Below are positions 19,787 through 30,017 of a DNA stretch of 64,000 nt, one piece after another. Every line of letters begins with the position of its first letter. Position 1 is the stretch's first letter. Both the position numbers and the translations under genes were made by a program. The notes under the pieces are model-generated. The model did not search any database. It saw only the letters and a list, made by a program, of their open reading frames with translations, and was not told the DNA's origin. The stretch comes from an uncultured Aquificales bacterium (lineage in GTDB: Bacteria > Thermosulfidibacterota > Thermosulfidibacteria > Thermosulfidibacterales > Thermosulfidibacteraceae): contig CAZPXS010000005.1 in the NCBI GenBank assembly GCA_964590075.1, forward strand, positions 111,114 to 175,113, read 5' to 3'.

Positions 19787-20703
19787 TTCTTAAACCTCCT
19801 CATTAGTTCTTCCACCTTAAGGGCAATTGGTGTCGCTACATATATGGATGAGTAGGTACCAACTATCGTTCCTATTGTAAAGGCAAGTGCAAAACCTCTT
19901 ATTATCTCATTTCCTAAGAAAAGTAAACTGAGCGAAACGATTAATACCAGCATTGATGTTATTATCGTTCTATTCATCGTTTCTGATATACTTATGTTAA
20001 CTATTCTTTCTATCGGCGTTTTTGATCTATCGAGTTTGGCCAAATTTTCCCTTATCCTATCGTATATTATTATAGTATCGTTTACAGAGTAACCGGCGAT
20101 TGTCAATAGTGCGGCTATTATCTGTAGATCAACCTCAAGGTTGAATAGGGCAAAAACTCCTGCCACGATAAGTACATCGTGAATTATGGCTAATATCGCT
20201 CCCAGTCCAAAATTAAATTTGAATCTCCAGCCTATGTATATGAGCATGGCTAGGCAGCTCAGGATTATCGCTTTTATACTCTTACCGCGTAGTTCCGATC
20301 CAACCTTGGGTCCTACATTCTCAAGCCTTATAACCTTTGCCTTGGGATACATTTTTGACAGTACTCCCATGACTCTATTTTCTATTTCCTTAGGAGGTAA
20401 ACCTACCTCAGGTATCCTGAGAAGTATAGCATTATTACTTCCAAAGGACTGGACGGTTATACCCTTTATTCCTGTGGCGGAAAGTTCGGTTCTTATCCTC
20501 TCAATGTTCGATGTCCCCCCAAGATCTATCTGGATAACCGTTCCTCCTGTGAAATCAACTCCATAGTTGAATAGATTCCCCGTTTTTAACTTATTATACA
20601 CCAGACTAGCTATAGATATTAGAGTCAATAACAGTGAGATTGTGATGAAAAACTTACTTTTACCTATAAAATCAAAGTAAAAGCCTTCCTTTATTAACCT
20701 CAT
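19783..20703 (-). CDS. secF: Protein translocase subunit SecF
   Basis: 306 aa with six TM segments and a SecD/SecF C-terminal domain. Directly follows secD. Confidence 0.9.
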   Translation of the reverse strand: MRLIKEGFYFDFIGKSKFFITISLLLTLISIASLVYNKLKTGNLFNYGVDFTGGTVIQIDLGGTSNIERIRTELSATGIKGITVQSFGSNNAILLRIPEVGLPPKEIENRVMGVLSKMYPKAKVIRLENVGPKVGSELRGKSIKAIILSCLAMLIYIGWRFKFNFGLGAILAIIHDVLIVAGVFALFNLEVDLQIIAALLTIAGYSVNDTIIIYDRIRENLAKLDRSKTPIERIVNISISETMNRTIITSMLVLIVSLSLLFLGNEIIRGFALAFTIGTIVGTYSSIYVATPIALKVEELMRRFKK

Positions 20704-20712
20704 CCTTTGCTC

Positions 20713-22254
20713 CTATATCGGTAGTTTCTTTAGTTTTAGTATATTAACTACAAGTTCGAGTAGGCCCCTCGTAAACAGTATACTTGTTAAAAGGCTTGCC
20801 ACAAGACCTATACCCATGGTAACCGCAAAACCCTTAACAGGCCCTGTTCCATATTCGAAGAGTATCAGTGAAGATATGAGGGTCGTTATATGTGTATCTA
20901 GGACGGTTATCGTTGCTCTACTAAATCCAGCATCAAGAGCGTTTTTAACTGTCCTTCCAAGCCTCAGTTCTTCCCTTATCCTTTCGAATATTATTACGTT
21001 CGAATCGAGAGCCATCGCGGTTGTTAGTGCTAATCCGGCTATACCGGGTAGTGTCAAAGTTGCACCAAAGGCACTCATCGCCCCAAGTATTATGATTAGA
21101 CAGCTCGCCATGGTGATATCTGCCACAAAACCGGCAAGCTTGTAGTAGATTAACATGAACAGGTAAACGAGACCAACACCAACCAAAGTTGCCTTTATAC
21201 CAGTTTTTATAGAATCTTCACCAAGTGATGGTCCTATGGTTCTCATTTCCATTATGGTAACCGGCGCCGGTAATCTCCCAGCCCTTAGTACTATGGCTAG
21301 ATCGTGAGCTTCATCGTAGCTGAAACTCCCCGTTATACTAGCCCTTCCACCTGTTATGGGTTCCTTTATTACAGGAGCTGAATACACGGTGTTATCAAGG
21401 ATTATTGCGAGTCTTTTTCCAACGTTTTCCGTTGTGATTCTCTCGAACAGCTTGGCACCTATAGGGTCAAATTGTATAGCCACATAGGGTTCGTTGTTCA
21501 TACTATCCACCATAACCCTTGCATCCGCTATATGTTCACCTGTGAGAAGCACCTCTTTTTTAACGAGATAGGGTATTTTAATCTCCTTTCCCGTTTTCTT
21601 GTCCACCACTTTTCCATAGAGAATCTCGCTTCCCTCAGGTACGGATCCGTTTGAAACTGAGGATAGTGGGTGTTCCTCATCTAAAAGCCTAAATTCCAAA
21701 CGTGCAGTTTTTCCTATTATGTTTAGGGCTCTTTCAGGATTCACTAAACCTGGAAGCGCTATTATGATCCTATCATCCCCAGCCTTTCTTATGTCAACTT
21801 CCGCAACACCAAACTGATCTATACGGTTCTTTATGACACTTAGAGCTTCATCTAAGGTACTCTTCTTGAGTCTCTCTATCTCACTATCCGTTAACTTTAC
21901 CAATAACTCCCTCTCCGAGAGTTTACTTGTCCTGTAAATACCTAACCTTTCTATTTCCCTTTGCGCTTTATCTAGTTCACTCGCTATTAGTAACCTAACA
22001 ATGATAGCATCATTTTGAACCTTTACATCATCAACATCTATCTTTTCCCTTTCAAGTAAATCTTTGATTATTATAGCACTTTTATCAATGTTTGCCTTTA
22101 TGGCCTCATCGAGGTTAACGCCAAGGGTTAAGAGTATACCACCCTTTAGGTCGAGTCCGAGTTTAACAGGCTCTCCCTTCGTTGTGAGGTATATGAGACT
22201 TATCGTGAATACTACAAGGGGTATAAGAATATATATGAAGTAAAATTTCCTCAT
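20713..22254 (-). CDS. secD: Protein translocase subunit SecD
   Basis: 513 aa with a large periplasmic domain and C-terminal six TM segments. Confidence 0.9.
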   Translation of the reverse strand: MRKFYFIYILIPLVVFTISLIYLTTKGEPVKLGLDLKGGILLTLGVNLDEAIKANIDKSAIIIKDLLEREKIDVDDVKVQNDAIIVRLLIASELDKAQREIERLGIYRTSKLSERELLVKLTDSEIERLKKSTLDEALSVIKNRIDQFGVAEVDIRKAGDDRIIIALPGLVNPERALNIIGKTARLEFRLLDEEHPLSSVSNGSVPEGSEILYGKVVDKKTGKEIKIPYLVKKEVLLTGEHIADARVMVDSMNNEPYVAIQFDPIGAKLFERITTENVGKRLAIILDNTVYSAPVIKEPITGGRASITGSFSYDEAHDLAIVLRAGRLPAPVTIMEMRTIGPSLGEDSIKTGIKATLVGVGLVYLFMLIYYKLAGFVADITMASCLIIILGAMSAFGATLTLPGIAGLALTTAMALDSNVIIFERIREELRLGRTVKNALDAGFSRATITVLDTHITTLISSLILFEYGTGPVKGFAVTMGIGLVASLLTSILFTRGLLELVVNILKLKKLPI

Positions 22255-22257
22255 GGG

Positions 22258-22539
22258 TTACTCCTTGGACTTTCTCTCGACTATACCTGCTATGGCATTT
22301 TTGTTAACTTCAAGTTTTGTGTTTTCATCCACCTTTATTATGACTGTATTCTCTCCTATATGGGTGACGACGCCGTATATTCCACCTATCGTGATTACCT
22401 TATCGCCCTTTTGCAGGCTCTCTATCATCTTTTTGTGTTGTTTCTGCCTTCTCATCTGAGGCCATATAAGTAGGACCCAAAAGATAACGAAGATTAAAAT
22501 TAGAAAAACTAACTGTGTTATCCCCTGTCCCTGCGACAT
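22258..22539 (-). CDS. yajC: Preprotein translocase subunit YajC
   Basis: 93 aa, single TM, with the conserved YajC core (GDKVITIGGIYGVV). Confidence 0.85.
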   Translation of the reverse strand: MSQGQGITQLVFLILIFVIFWVLLIWPQMRRQKQHKKMIESLQKGDKVITIGGIYGVVTHIGENTVIIKVDENTKLEVNKNAIAGIVERKSKE

Positions 22540-22560
22540 TTCTACCTCCCTATTATGAAT

Positions 22561-24039
22561 TTATAGGTTTATAATGCTTTTAAATTCATTAAGGCTAATA
22601 GGCTTTGATAACAGATATCCCTGTATATAGTCAATTCCTATACATCTCAAAATGTCGAGTTCAAGCTTTTCTTCCACCCCCTCTGCAACCGTTATAATCC
22701 CTTCCTTACCAGCTATAATTGATAAACCTGTAACCAACAAACTCTTTTCCTTTGAAATGTTTATCCCATTTATGAGTTCTCTATCTATCTTTATGATATC
22801 GGGGATTCTTTCGGATAGTATCTTTAGTGAGGTGTACCCTGTACCGAAGTCATCTATCGCTATATCGATAGGTATGTTGTTAGTCTTTATAATACTTTTG
22901 AGGTCCATTAGTAGAGTCATTACAAATTCGTCCATGATTTCCCTTTCCGTAAATTCAAAAACCAACCTTATGTTCTTTAAGTTTGCATTCTTTATCTTAT
23001 GAAGAACAGCTTCAAGAAAGTCGGGGTTGGTTATAATGTTAAGGGTTAGATTCAAGGATAGGGAAATCCTTCTATTAGTTAAATTGTCCAATTCGGTAGC
23101 TATTCTTACAGCCTCGTCTATGAGCCAGATTTCAAAGTCGAATATGTAGGGTGATCTTTCCAGAAAATCTATAAAATAACCCGGATTGTATACCCTGTTA
23201 TCCCTATCAACGATCCTTACTAGAAATTCTCCTCCTACCGGTTTTAGGTTCCATGAATCAAAGTATGGTTGTATGAGTAACTTAAATAGCTTTTCATTTA
23301 GAGCCCTCTCTATTAGTTGGGATAGCTCCTTATACTTTAATAGCCTTGTTACATCGAGTATGCTACTTACAACTTCAAGATCTTTTGCCGCCTTTTCTAT
23401 GAGTTCTTCCGGACTTACCCCATCATCTGGATATAAGGCTACACCGCATAGGAATCTATTCTCCTCTCTTCTTGATGTTCTTGGTAAGACTATCAGGTCC
23501 AAATTGGTTAGTACGCTTTCCAACGAGTATTCATCATCAAATGGAATAAAGATAACTACTGCCTTGTCGCTTAGCACACAGGTTTTAAATTCCTTCAGGT
23601 TTAATTTATAGGTAATATCAGTTATCTGTTCTTTTAATTCACTTAAACTAAAATTTAAAGGTTCGATTAAAATAATAAGTGACTTTTTACTTTTAGCGAG
23701 AAGTTCTTTTGTTACGCTTAAGAACACTTGTTTTTCTAAAAATGGTTCTTCAATTTTTTCTAAACATTGTCCCTCATTTAAGTCACAGACGTTTGATTTT
23801 AAGGGTGTTATTAAGTAATATTTATAACTTCTTCCTAAATTCAGATTTCCAGATTCAATATAGTTGTTTACCAAAAATCTATAATCATTCTTTTTTATCA
23901 GTTCAATTACATTTTCAGGATTTTCAAAGTTAGAATAGATAATTCCATCATTTTCATCTGTTACTATCATTAACCGACCTGTATATTTCAACACTTCTTC
24001 CAGAATCCGTAGAATCTCCCTATCCGTATGCTGGGTCAT
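22561..24039 (-). CDS. EAL-domain c-di-GMP phosphodiesterase with an N-terminal domain lacking a GG(D/E)EF motif
   Basis: The C-terminal EAL domain has the catalytic motifs EFLVR, FEFTE, DDFGTGYTS, KIDRE, EGVE and QGY. No GGDEF/GGEEF pentapeptide is visible. The coding region is very AT-rich. Confidence 0.75.
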   Translation of the reverse strand: MTQHTDREILRILEEVLKYTGRLMIVTDENDGIIYSNFENPENVIELIKKNDYRFLVNNYIESGNLNLGRSYKYYLITPLKSNVCDLNEGQCLEKIEEPFLEKQVFLSVTKELLAKSKKSLIILIEPLNFSLSELKEQITDITYKLNLKEFKTCVLSDKAVVIFIPFDDEYSLESVLTNLDLIVLPRTSRREENRFLCGVALYPDDGVSPEELIEKAAKDLEVVSSILDVTRLLKYKELSQLIERALNEKLFKLLIQPYFDSWNLKPVGGEFLVRIVDRDNRVYNPGYFIDFLERSPYIFDFEIWLIDEAVRIATELDNLTNRRISLSLNLTLNIITNPDFLEAVLHKIKNANLKNIRLVFEFTEREIMDEFVMTLLMDLKSIIKTNNIPIDIAIDDFGTGYTSLKILSERIPDIIKIDRELINGINISKEKSLLVTGLSIIAGKEGIITVAEGVEEKLELDILRCIGIDYIQGYLLSKPISLNEFKSIINL

Positions 24040-24679
24040 TCAAGCCTACCTCATCCCAAGCCTTTTTTCTCAGTCTACAGCTTGGGCACTCACCACAGGG
24101 TGGTACTTTCCCTTCATAGCAGGAGAGTGTGTACTTATAATCGACTCCAAGGGATAGACCGAGCTTTATTATCTCACTCTTCTTCATGTTTATAAGGGGT
24201 GACTCTATTCTTATGAGCCTACCAGCGGAACCTACATGGGTACCCAGATTTATGGCCCTTTCCATAGCATCTAGAAATTCTCTTCTACAATCGGGATAGC
24301 CCGAGTAATCAACTTGATTCCACCCACCTACTATAGCTTCCGCCTCCATATTTTCAGCAATTCCACAGGCTATCGATATAAATATACCGTTTCTAAAGGG
24401 AACATAGGTCGTCGGTATAGCATCTACCACCTCTTCCTTAGGTATTTCCATATCTTCGCTAAGTAGTGCACTTCTTAATATACTTTTGAGGTTGAGTTCT
24501 ATTATCTTATGCTTAACATTTAATTTTTTTGTGTGCCATTTTGCAAATTCAATCTCATATCTGTTTTTTTGACCATAATCGAAGGTTATAGCTATCACAT
24601 CCTCAAAATTTCTCTTAGCCCAGTAAAAAGCGGTTGTCGAATCCATCCCTCCCGAGAGAAGTACCACAGCCTTTCTCAA
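24020..24679 (-). CDS. queC: 7-cyano-7-deazaguanine synthase
   Basis: VVLLSGGMDSTT PP-loop and C-terminal zinc motif CGECPSCRLR. Probable TTG start at 24679 preceded by GGAGGAG; the ORF track extends it to a GTG at 24697. Confidence 0.85.
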   Translation of the reverse strand: MRKAVVLLSGGMDSTTAFYWAKRNFEDVIAITFDYGQKNRYEIEFAKWHTKKLNVKHKIIELNLKSILRSALLSEDMEIPKEEVVDAIPTTYVPFRNGIFISIACGIAENMEAEAIVGGWNQVDYSGYPDCRREFLDAMERAINLGTHVGSAGRLIRIESPLINMKKSEIIKLGLSLGVDYKYTLSCYEGKVPPCGECPSCRLRKKAWDEVGLNDPAYG

Positions 24680-24761
24680 TCCCACTCCTCCTCTCACAAC
24701 TTGATAATACTCGTTTTTATGTTATTATTAGTTACTACTATTTTCAAGTGAGGAGGCAAAG

Positions 24762-25862
24762 ATGGACTATAGAATAAGAAAGTGGGCAAACCTACTGGTG
24801 GATTATTCCATAGGAGTTAAAAAGGGTGATGTAGTACAGATAAGAGGAGGAGTTCAGGCTATTCCACTTATCAGAGCCTGTTATGAGGAAGTTTTGAAGA
24901 GAGGGGCTCATCCTATCGTTAGGATATCCTTTGACGGCCAGAATTACCTTTTCTATAAGTATGCAACCGATGAGCAATTGACTTTTCTATCGGAGATAGA
25001 TTATGCCACGGCAAGGACAATAAACGGTTTGATATCAATAATATCCGAGAGTAACACGAGGGAACTTACAAGGATAGACCATACAAAGATAGCAAAGTTC
25101 AGAGCTACCTATAGAAAAATAAGGGATATACTCGATGAAAGGGAACTAAAGGGAGAATTCAGATGGGTTCTCACAGCCTATCCTACCGATAGTCTTGCCC
25201 AGGATAGTGAGATGTCTACAATCGAGTTTGAGGAATTCGTTTACGGTGCCTGTGGGTTAAACGAAGATGATCCCGTTAAGTATTGGAAAGAGGTGGCGGA
25301 AAGGCAGAGTAGGTTCATAGAGCTTCTATCCGGTGGGGATGAAATTAGGATAGTTGGAGAGGATACCGATCTTACTCTCAAGGTCGGTGGTAGACGCTGG
25401 ATAAACTGTTGTGGGGAAAGGAACATGCCCGATGGTGAGATCTTTACCTCTCCCGTCGAAGATTCTGTGGAGGGAGAGATATACTTCGATTTTCCCGCGG
25501 TTTACTCAGGGGTTGAGGTGATAGGTGTTAGACTTACCTTTGAGAAGGGTAGGGTTGTGAAGGCCAAGGCGGAAAAGGGTGAGGATTTTCTACTCAGGAT
25601 GATAGAGACGGATGAGGGGGCAAAGAGTGTAGGGGAGATAGCCTTTGGTTTGAACGACAATATAGTTGTATTTACCAAAGATATACTATTTGACGAAAAG
25701 ATAGGTGGATCGATACATATGGCTCTTGGTGCGAGTTATCCTGAAACAGGTGGTAAAAACAAATCCGGGCTACACTGGGATTTCATAAAGAACATGAAGA
25801 ATAGTGGTAAGGTTTACCTTGACGGTAAGTTGATATATGAGAACGGTAGATTCTTAGTTTGA
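24762..25862 (+). CDS. Aminopeptidase, M29 (AmpS/PepS, thermophilic metalloprotease) family
   Basis: 366 aa; overall layout and N-terminus ([23 protein letters not shown]) match family M29. Good RBS GAGGAGG. Confidence 0.6.
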   Translation: MDYRIRKWANLLVDYSIGVKKGDVVQIRGGVQAIPLIRACYEEVLKRGAHPIVRISFDGQNYLFYKYATDEQLTFLSEIDYATARTINGLISIISESNTRELTRIDHTKIAKFRATYRKIRDILDERELKGEFRWVLTAYPTDSLAQDSEMSTIEFEEFVYGACGLNEDDPVKYWKEVAERQSRFIELLSGGDEIRIVGEDTDLTLKVGGRRWINCCGERNMPDGEIFTSPVEDSVEGEIYFDFPAVYSGVEVIGVRLTFEKGRVVKAKAEKGEDFLLRMIETDEGAKSVGEIAFGLNDNIVVFTKDILFDEKIGGSIHMALGASYPETGGKNKSGLHWDFIKNMKNSGKVYLDGKLIYENGRFLV

Positions 25863-25872
25863 GGGGCATGCT

Positions 25873-27261
25873 GTGAAAAGGGTTATTCTTGCTGGTGGTA
25901 GTGGTACAAGGCTCTGGCCACTTTCAAGAAAAAACTATCCCAAACAGTTTGTGAGATTAGCTAACGGCCTATCCTTCTTTCAGGAGACGGTTAGAAGGTT
26001 AGTGGATCTTGGTAGCTTGAGTGATCTGGTGGTAGTTGCATCCAGAGACTACAGGTTTCTTATAGAAGATGATCTCGTACCCATAGTAGGTAAGGACAAG
26101 TTCGATTTTGATAGAAACATAATTATAGAGCCCGAACCGAAGAATACAGCCTTTGCTATAGCCTGGAGTATACGCTATGGCTTGGAGTTCCTTGGTTGGA
26201 AAAGTGATGATATCGTTGGAGTCTTTCCTTCCGATCATCTCATAGAGCCTATCGATGCTTTTATAGAAACTGTAACTAAGGCTAAAAATCTAGCTGAGAA
26301 AAACTACATAGTTACCATAGGGATAAGACCCAAAAGGGCTGAGGTTGGTTTTGGTTACATCATGAGGGGTGAAAAAATAGGGGAGGGATGTTATCTAGTT
26401 GAGAAGTTTGTAGAAAAGCCATCCCTTGAACTAGCGGAGGTTTACCTTAGGGATGGGCGTTTTTACTGGAACGCGGGAATCTTTGTCTTCAATGTTGCCA
26501 CGATTATCGGGGAGATCTTAAAACATCTTCCCAGCTATAAAGTTATTTTTGATTCCTCCTGGGATAGGTTGATAGAGGGTGGGTATAGGTCTACCGAATC
26601 CATCTCCATAGATTACGGTGTCATAGAAAGGAGTGATAGGGTTGCTCTCGTTGAGGCTAGTTTTAACTGGAGTGACGTTGGATCATGGGATGCCTTTTGT
26701 GAGATTTTCGATGATTTTAATAATGGTAAGACTATACTGATAGATAGTAGTAATACATCCGTTATTTCCGATAGGAGGGTGATAGGGGTTATAGGGGTTG
26801 ATGATGTTGTAGTAGTTGATACCGATGATGCCCTTTTGGTTGCCAAAAAGGGTGAGACACAGAAGGTTAGAAAAATAGTGGATATACTCTCCAGTAACGG
26901 TTTTAGGGAGGCCATAGAGCATAGAACTGTATATAGACCTTGGGGTTCCTATACGGTTTTGGAAGAGGGTGATGGTTTTAAGGTTAAGAGAATCATGGTT
27001 AAACCAGGTGGAAGGTTGAGTTTACAGAGGCATTTTCATAGGAGTGAGCACTGGATCGTAATTAGAGGTACCGCGAAAGTGATAATAGGAGAGAGGGAAT
27101 TTTTCCTAAGGGAAAATGAGTCGACCTATGTCCCTCCGGCCACCATACATAGACTGGAAAATCCCGGGAAAATTCCACTTGAGATGATAGAGATCCAAAC
27201 CGGTTCCTACATAGACGAGGATGATATAGAGAGGCTCGACGACATTTACGGTAGATGTTAG
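25873..27261 (+). CDS. manC: Mannose-1-phosphate guanylyltransferase / mannose-6-phosphate isomerase (bifunctional, type II PMI)
   Basis: N-terminal nucleotidyltransferase motif (ILAGGSGTRLWPLSR) and C-terminal cupin. GTG start. Confidence 0.8.
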   Translation: MKRVILAGGSGTRLWPLSRKNYPKQFVRLANGLSFFQETVRRLVDLGSLSDLVVVASRDYRFLIEDDLVPIVGKDKFDFDRNIIIEPEPKNTAFAIAWSIRYGLEFLGWKSDDIVGVFPSDHLIEPIDAFIETVTKAKNLAEKNYIVTIGIRPKRAEVGFGYIMRGEKIGEGCYLVEKFVEKPSLELAEVYLRDGRFYWNAGIFVFNVATIIGEILKHLPSYKVIFDSSWDRLIEGGYRSTESISIDYGVIERSDRVALVEASFNWSDVGSWDAFCEIFDDFNNGKTILIDSSNTSVISDRRVIGVIGVDDVVVVDTDDALLVAKKGETQKVRKIVDILSSNGFREAIEHRTVYRPWGSYTVLEEGDGFKVKRIMVKPGGRLSLQRHFHRSEHWIVIRGTAKVIIGEREFFLRENESTYVPPATIHRLENPGKIPLEMIEIQTGSYIDEDDIERLDDIYGRC

Positions 27262-29639
27262 TGTTCTTCTAGAATGGAAGTGATTTCCTCAAGAGGCATC
27301 GGTCTGTAAAATAGATATCCCTGAAAGTATCTAACTCCCATCGATCTTAGCGTTTCGAACTGTTCTAAGTTTTCCACACCTTCAGCAACGACCGTTAAAC
27401 CTAGGTTGTGGCATAGCTTAACTATAGCCTCAAGGATTTTTATGTTTTGCATCAACCTTTTGTTACGGATTTCCAACTTTACATTACCACCAATAGAATT
27501 AATAACACCAAGTTCTGTTATAAGACTTCTATCTATTTTTACTCCATCTAAATCTAGCTTCGATATATAGTAAAAATTTGAATATCCACTACCAAAATCA
27601 TCTATCATAAATTTTATTCCACTCTCTTTTAATTCGTTTATTCTCTTTAAAGTTTCATCATCGATTTCCAGAAAATGACTTTCCGTTATTTCTAAATGTA
27701 AATTACTGATTTTATCACGCTTTTTAATGACTTCCAGTAGATTTTTACTTTTAAGAGTTAGTGCAGAAATATTGACGGATATAAAGATATCACTCTTTAG
27801 TCTTCTCAATTCATCGTTAAGACCGATGGTTTCACCTATTAACCTTGTCTCTACTTTTTCTATCAGTCTCGTCCTTTCCAGAATCGGGATGAACTCAGCT
27901 GGAGATACAAGCTTGCCATTTTTGGTAAGTCTCAGTAGACCTTCAAGTCCTACTATTTTAATATTTTCATCAACTATCGGTTGCCAGTAGTACCATAGTT
28001 TCTTCCTGTCGAGTAACTCGTCGATATCTCTTCTGATGTTTAAAATCTCCAAGCTCTTATTAATGACCTCCTCGTTATAAGTCGCTATTGATAGGGCTTC
28101 CTTTTTACCCGAGAATAAGGCTCTCCTTGCCCTATCCACAAGTTCAGGGACAGTTTTCCCATCCGTTGGATAGAAGGCTATTGATCCTCTAAAGGAAAGT
28201 TTTATTTTTCTACCCTCCACATCATATTCTTCAGATAACTCTTTTAGAATACGGTATAATCCGAGATAGGCTGAGTTCTCATCAGGGATGTTTCTCATAA
28301 ATATTAAAAATCTATCCGCCTCCGTCTTACCGATAAAATCTCCTTCGTATACCGTGTTTTTCAGTCTTCTAGCAATTTCTCTTAGGGTTTTATTTCCAAA
28401 ATCGAAACCGTACGCGGTATTTATGTAACCAAAGTCAAGTGGGTCTACCATGGCTACCGCGTAGATCCCATTTTTTTCGGTCGAGATTATCTCTGATACT
28501 ATATCTATGAAGTAAGCTTCCTTTGGAATTTCTGTTATAGGATCAAAAATTATACGATTTTTAATCTGTTCGATGAGTTCTTTGCTTTTATCAAGATCTT
28601 TATCAGCCACTACAAACATTGATATTGTTTCACTATTCAAATTCAAAGCTTCAATTAAAGCATCTATTATTCTTTTATTTGCTATTTTTTCTAAATTATT
28701 TTCGATTGTTTTCTTCAATACATCGAATATTGTTTTCATAGAAGGTTCGATATAATCTTTGTCAACCGAACATAAAACTAGAATTTGTCTAATTTTTTCT
28801 ATGGGTATTATAACCAAGTTAGCGATATCGCATGTATAGAAATATATGTCATTAGATTCTCTTACCAGAGATTTAACTAAGTTAAGTATTCTGTTATAAC
28901 TATCTGGTTCTATCTTTGTAAAATACCCTATGTTTTGTAATTCATCATTTTCTTCTAGCTTTAAAACGATTCCAATATCAACTTTTGTGTTCTCTTCTAT
29001 CAGTTTGAGTAGATTTAGCATGTAATCGTTACAGTTATGAATATTATCTTCCAAGAGGGTATAGGACTTTGCTAGTAATGTATCGAATTCTTTTTGTTTT
29101 TCGACCTTTAGGCCCATTCTTAGATTGGTGAGGTATTTGGATAGGGTTTCTTTAATATCGTTTAGTAGCGTCTTGTATTCTTCTAATATTGATTTTTCCC
29201 TGTCATGAATTAAAATTACATACTCTACCTCATCCTCGATCAGTATAGGTATTGAGGTGGAGCTTTCTATCCCGAATAGAGAGTAGAAATCGTACCAGGG
29301 TTTTGTATCTGGATGATTTAAAACGTCTTCGATAATATAGGCTTCTTTGGTGTAGTAAGCCCATCCTACCGAGCCGTGTTGTGAGGGTAAACCTTCTGGG
29401 AGTTTTATTCTTACCTTTTGGATATAGTTTACAACTTCTTCATCCTGACAACTTACGAATACGGGAATCCATTCTCTGGAGGATTTATCGATCTTACCCA
29501 AGGTGACACTATAGTACCCTATGCTGTTCAATCCTCTCACAAATCCTTTAAGAATGTCCTCCACTTGTGTTTCTTCCGTAAGTGCTTTGGTAAGTACTAG
29601 ATATGCGTGTATTGATTTTTTGTAACTATTTATTTCCAT
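27258..29639 (-). CDS. GAF / degenerate-GGDEF / EAL signalling protein (likely c-di-GMP phosphodiesterase)
   Basis: GGDEF-fold region with EADRF in place of GGDEF. Intact EAL motifs (EGLLRL, EITE, DDFGSGYS, KIDRS, EGVE, QGY). ATG at 29639 with AAGGGG RBS; the ORF track extends it to a TTG at 29669. The middle third has about 22% GC. Confidence 0.8.
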   Translation of the reverse strand: MEINSYKKSIHAYLVLTKALTEETQVEDILKGFVRGLNSIGYYSVTLGKIDKSSREWIPVFVSCQDEEVVNYIQKVRIKLPEGLPSQHGSVGWAYYTKEAYIIEDVLNHPDTKPWYDFYSLFGIESSTSIPILIEDEVEYVILIHDREKSILEEYKTLLNDIKETLSKYLTNLRMGLKVEKQKEFDTLLAKSYTLLEDNIHNCNDYMLNLLKLIEENTKVDIGIVLKLEENDELQNIGYFTKIEPDSYNRILNLVKSLVRESNDIYFYTCDIANLVIIPIEKIRQILVLCSVDKDYIEPSMKTIFDVLKKTIENNLEKIANKRIIDALIEALNLNSETISMFVVADKDLDKSKELIEQIKNRIIFDPITEIPKEAYFIDIVSEIISTEKNGIYAVAMVDPLDFGYINTAYGFDFGNKTLREIARRLKNTVYEGDFIGKTEADRFLIFMRNIPDENSAYLGLYRILKELSEEYDVEGRKIKLSFRGSIAFYPTDGKTVPELVDRARRALFSGKKEALSIATYNEEVINKSLEILNIRRDIDELLDRKKLWYYWQPIVDENIKIVGLEGLLRLTKNGKLVSPAEFIPILERTRLIEKVETRLIGETIGLNDELRRLKSDIFISVNISALTLKSKNLLEVIKKRDKISNLHLEITESHFLEIDDETLKRINELKESGIKFMIDDFGSGYSNFYYISKLDLDGVKIDRSLITELGVINSIGGNVKLEIRNKRLMQNIKILEAIVKLCHNLGLTVVAEGVENLEQFETLRSMGVRYFQGYLFYRPMPLEEITSILEEH

Positions 29640-29747
29640 AGCACGCCCCTTGTTAGATATATATTTCAAAACAATATATCATTTCAATAGAGTTTAACAC
29701 CATTCCGATACTTCATATAATATCAGTTTTCTTAATCTATCCTTATC

Positions 29748-29776
29748 TTGACATGGTACCACTTAGAACATATAAA
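29748..29776 (+). promoter_or_regulatory. Sigma-70-type promoter for the tRNA-Leu/tRNA-Arg transcript
   Basis: TTGACA (29748-29753), 17-nt spacer, TATAAA (29771-29776). tRNA-Leu starts about 25 nt downstream. Confidence 0.45.
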
Positions 29777-29800
29777 ATCATTAGCGATGACTTTAGTGTT

Positions 29801-29886
29801 GCCGGAGTGGCGGAACTGGGAGACGCAGGGGACTCAAAATCCCCCGGGGTTTGAGCCCCGTGCGGGTTCGACTCCCGCCTCCGGCA
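29801..29886 (+). tRNA. tRNA-Leu (anticodon CAA)
   Basis: Manual fold: acceptor GCCGGAG/CTCCGGC, anticodon loop CTCAAAA, long variable arm (GGGG-TTTGAG-CCCC), T-arm GCGGG-TTCGACT-CCCGC, discriminator A. The 3' CCA is not encoded. Confidence 0.85.
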
Positions 29887-29901
29887 TTTTTTCTAAATAG
29901 C

Positions 29902-29978
29902 GCGCCCATAGCTCAACTGGATAGAGCACGGGACTACGGATCCCGGGGTTGGGGGTTCGACTCCTCCTGGGCGCGCCA
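29902..29978 (+). tRNA. tRNA-Arg (anticodon ACG)
   Basis: Manual fold: acceptor GCGCCCA/TGGGCGC, D-arm GCTC..GAGC, anticodon stem CGGGA/TCCCG with loop CTACGGA, T-arm GGGGG-TTCGACT-CCTCC, discriminator G. CCA is encoded and followed by a T-run. Confidence 0.85.
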
Positions 29979-30017
29979 TTTTTTAAATTTATTCTAGGAT
30001 AACTAAGGAAACGCATA

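Noticed and set aside
29834-30016. 60-aa minus-strand ORF from the track
   Set aside because: It lies entirely across the tRNA-Leu and tRNA-Arg genes and their GC-rich stems. Its Pro/Arg/Gly-rich translation is a by-product of tRNA sequence.
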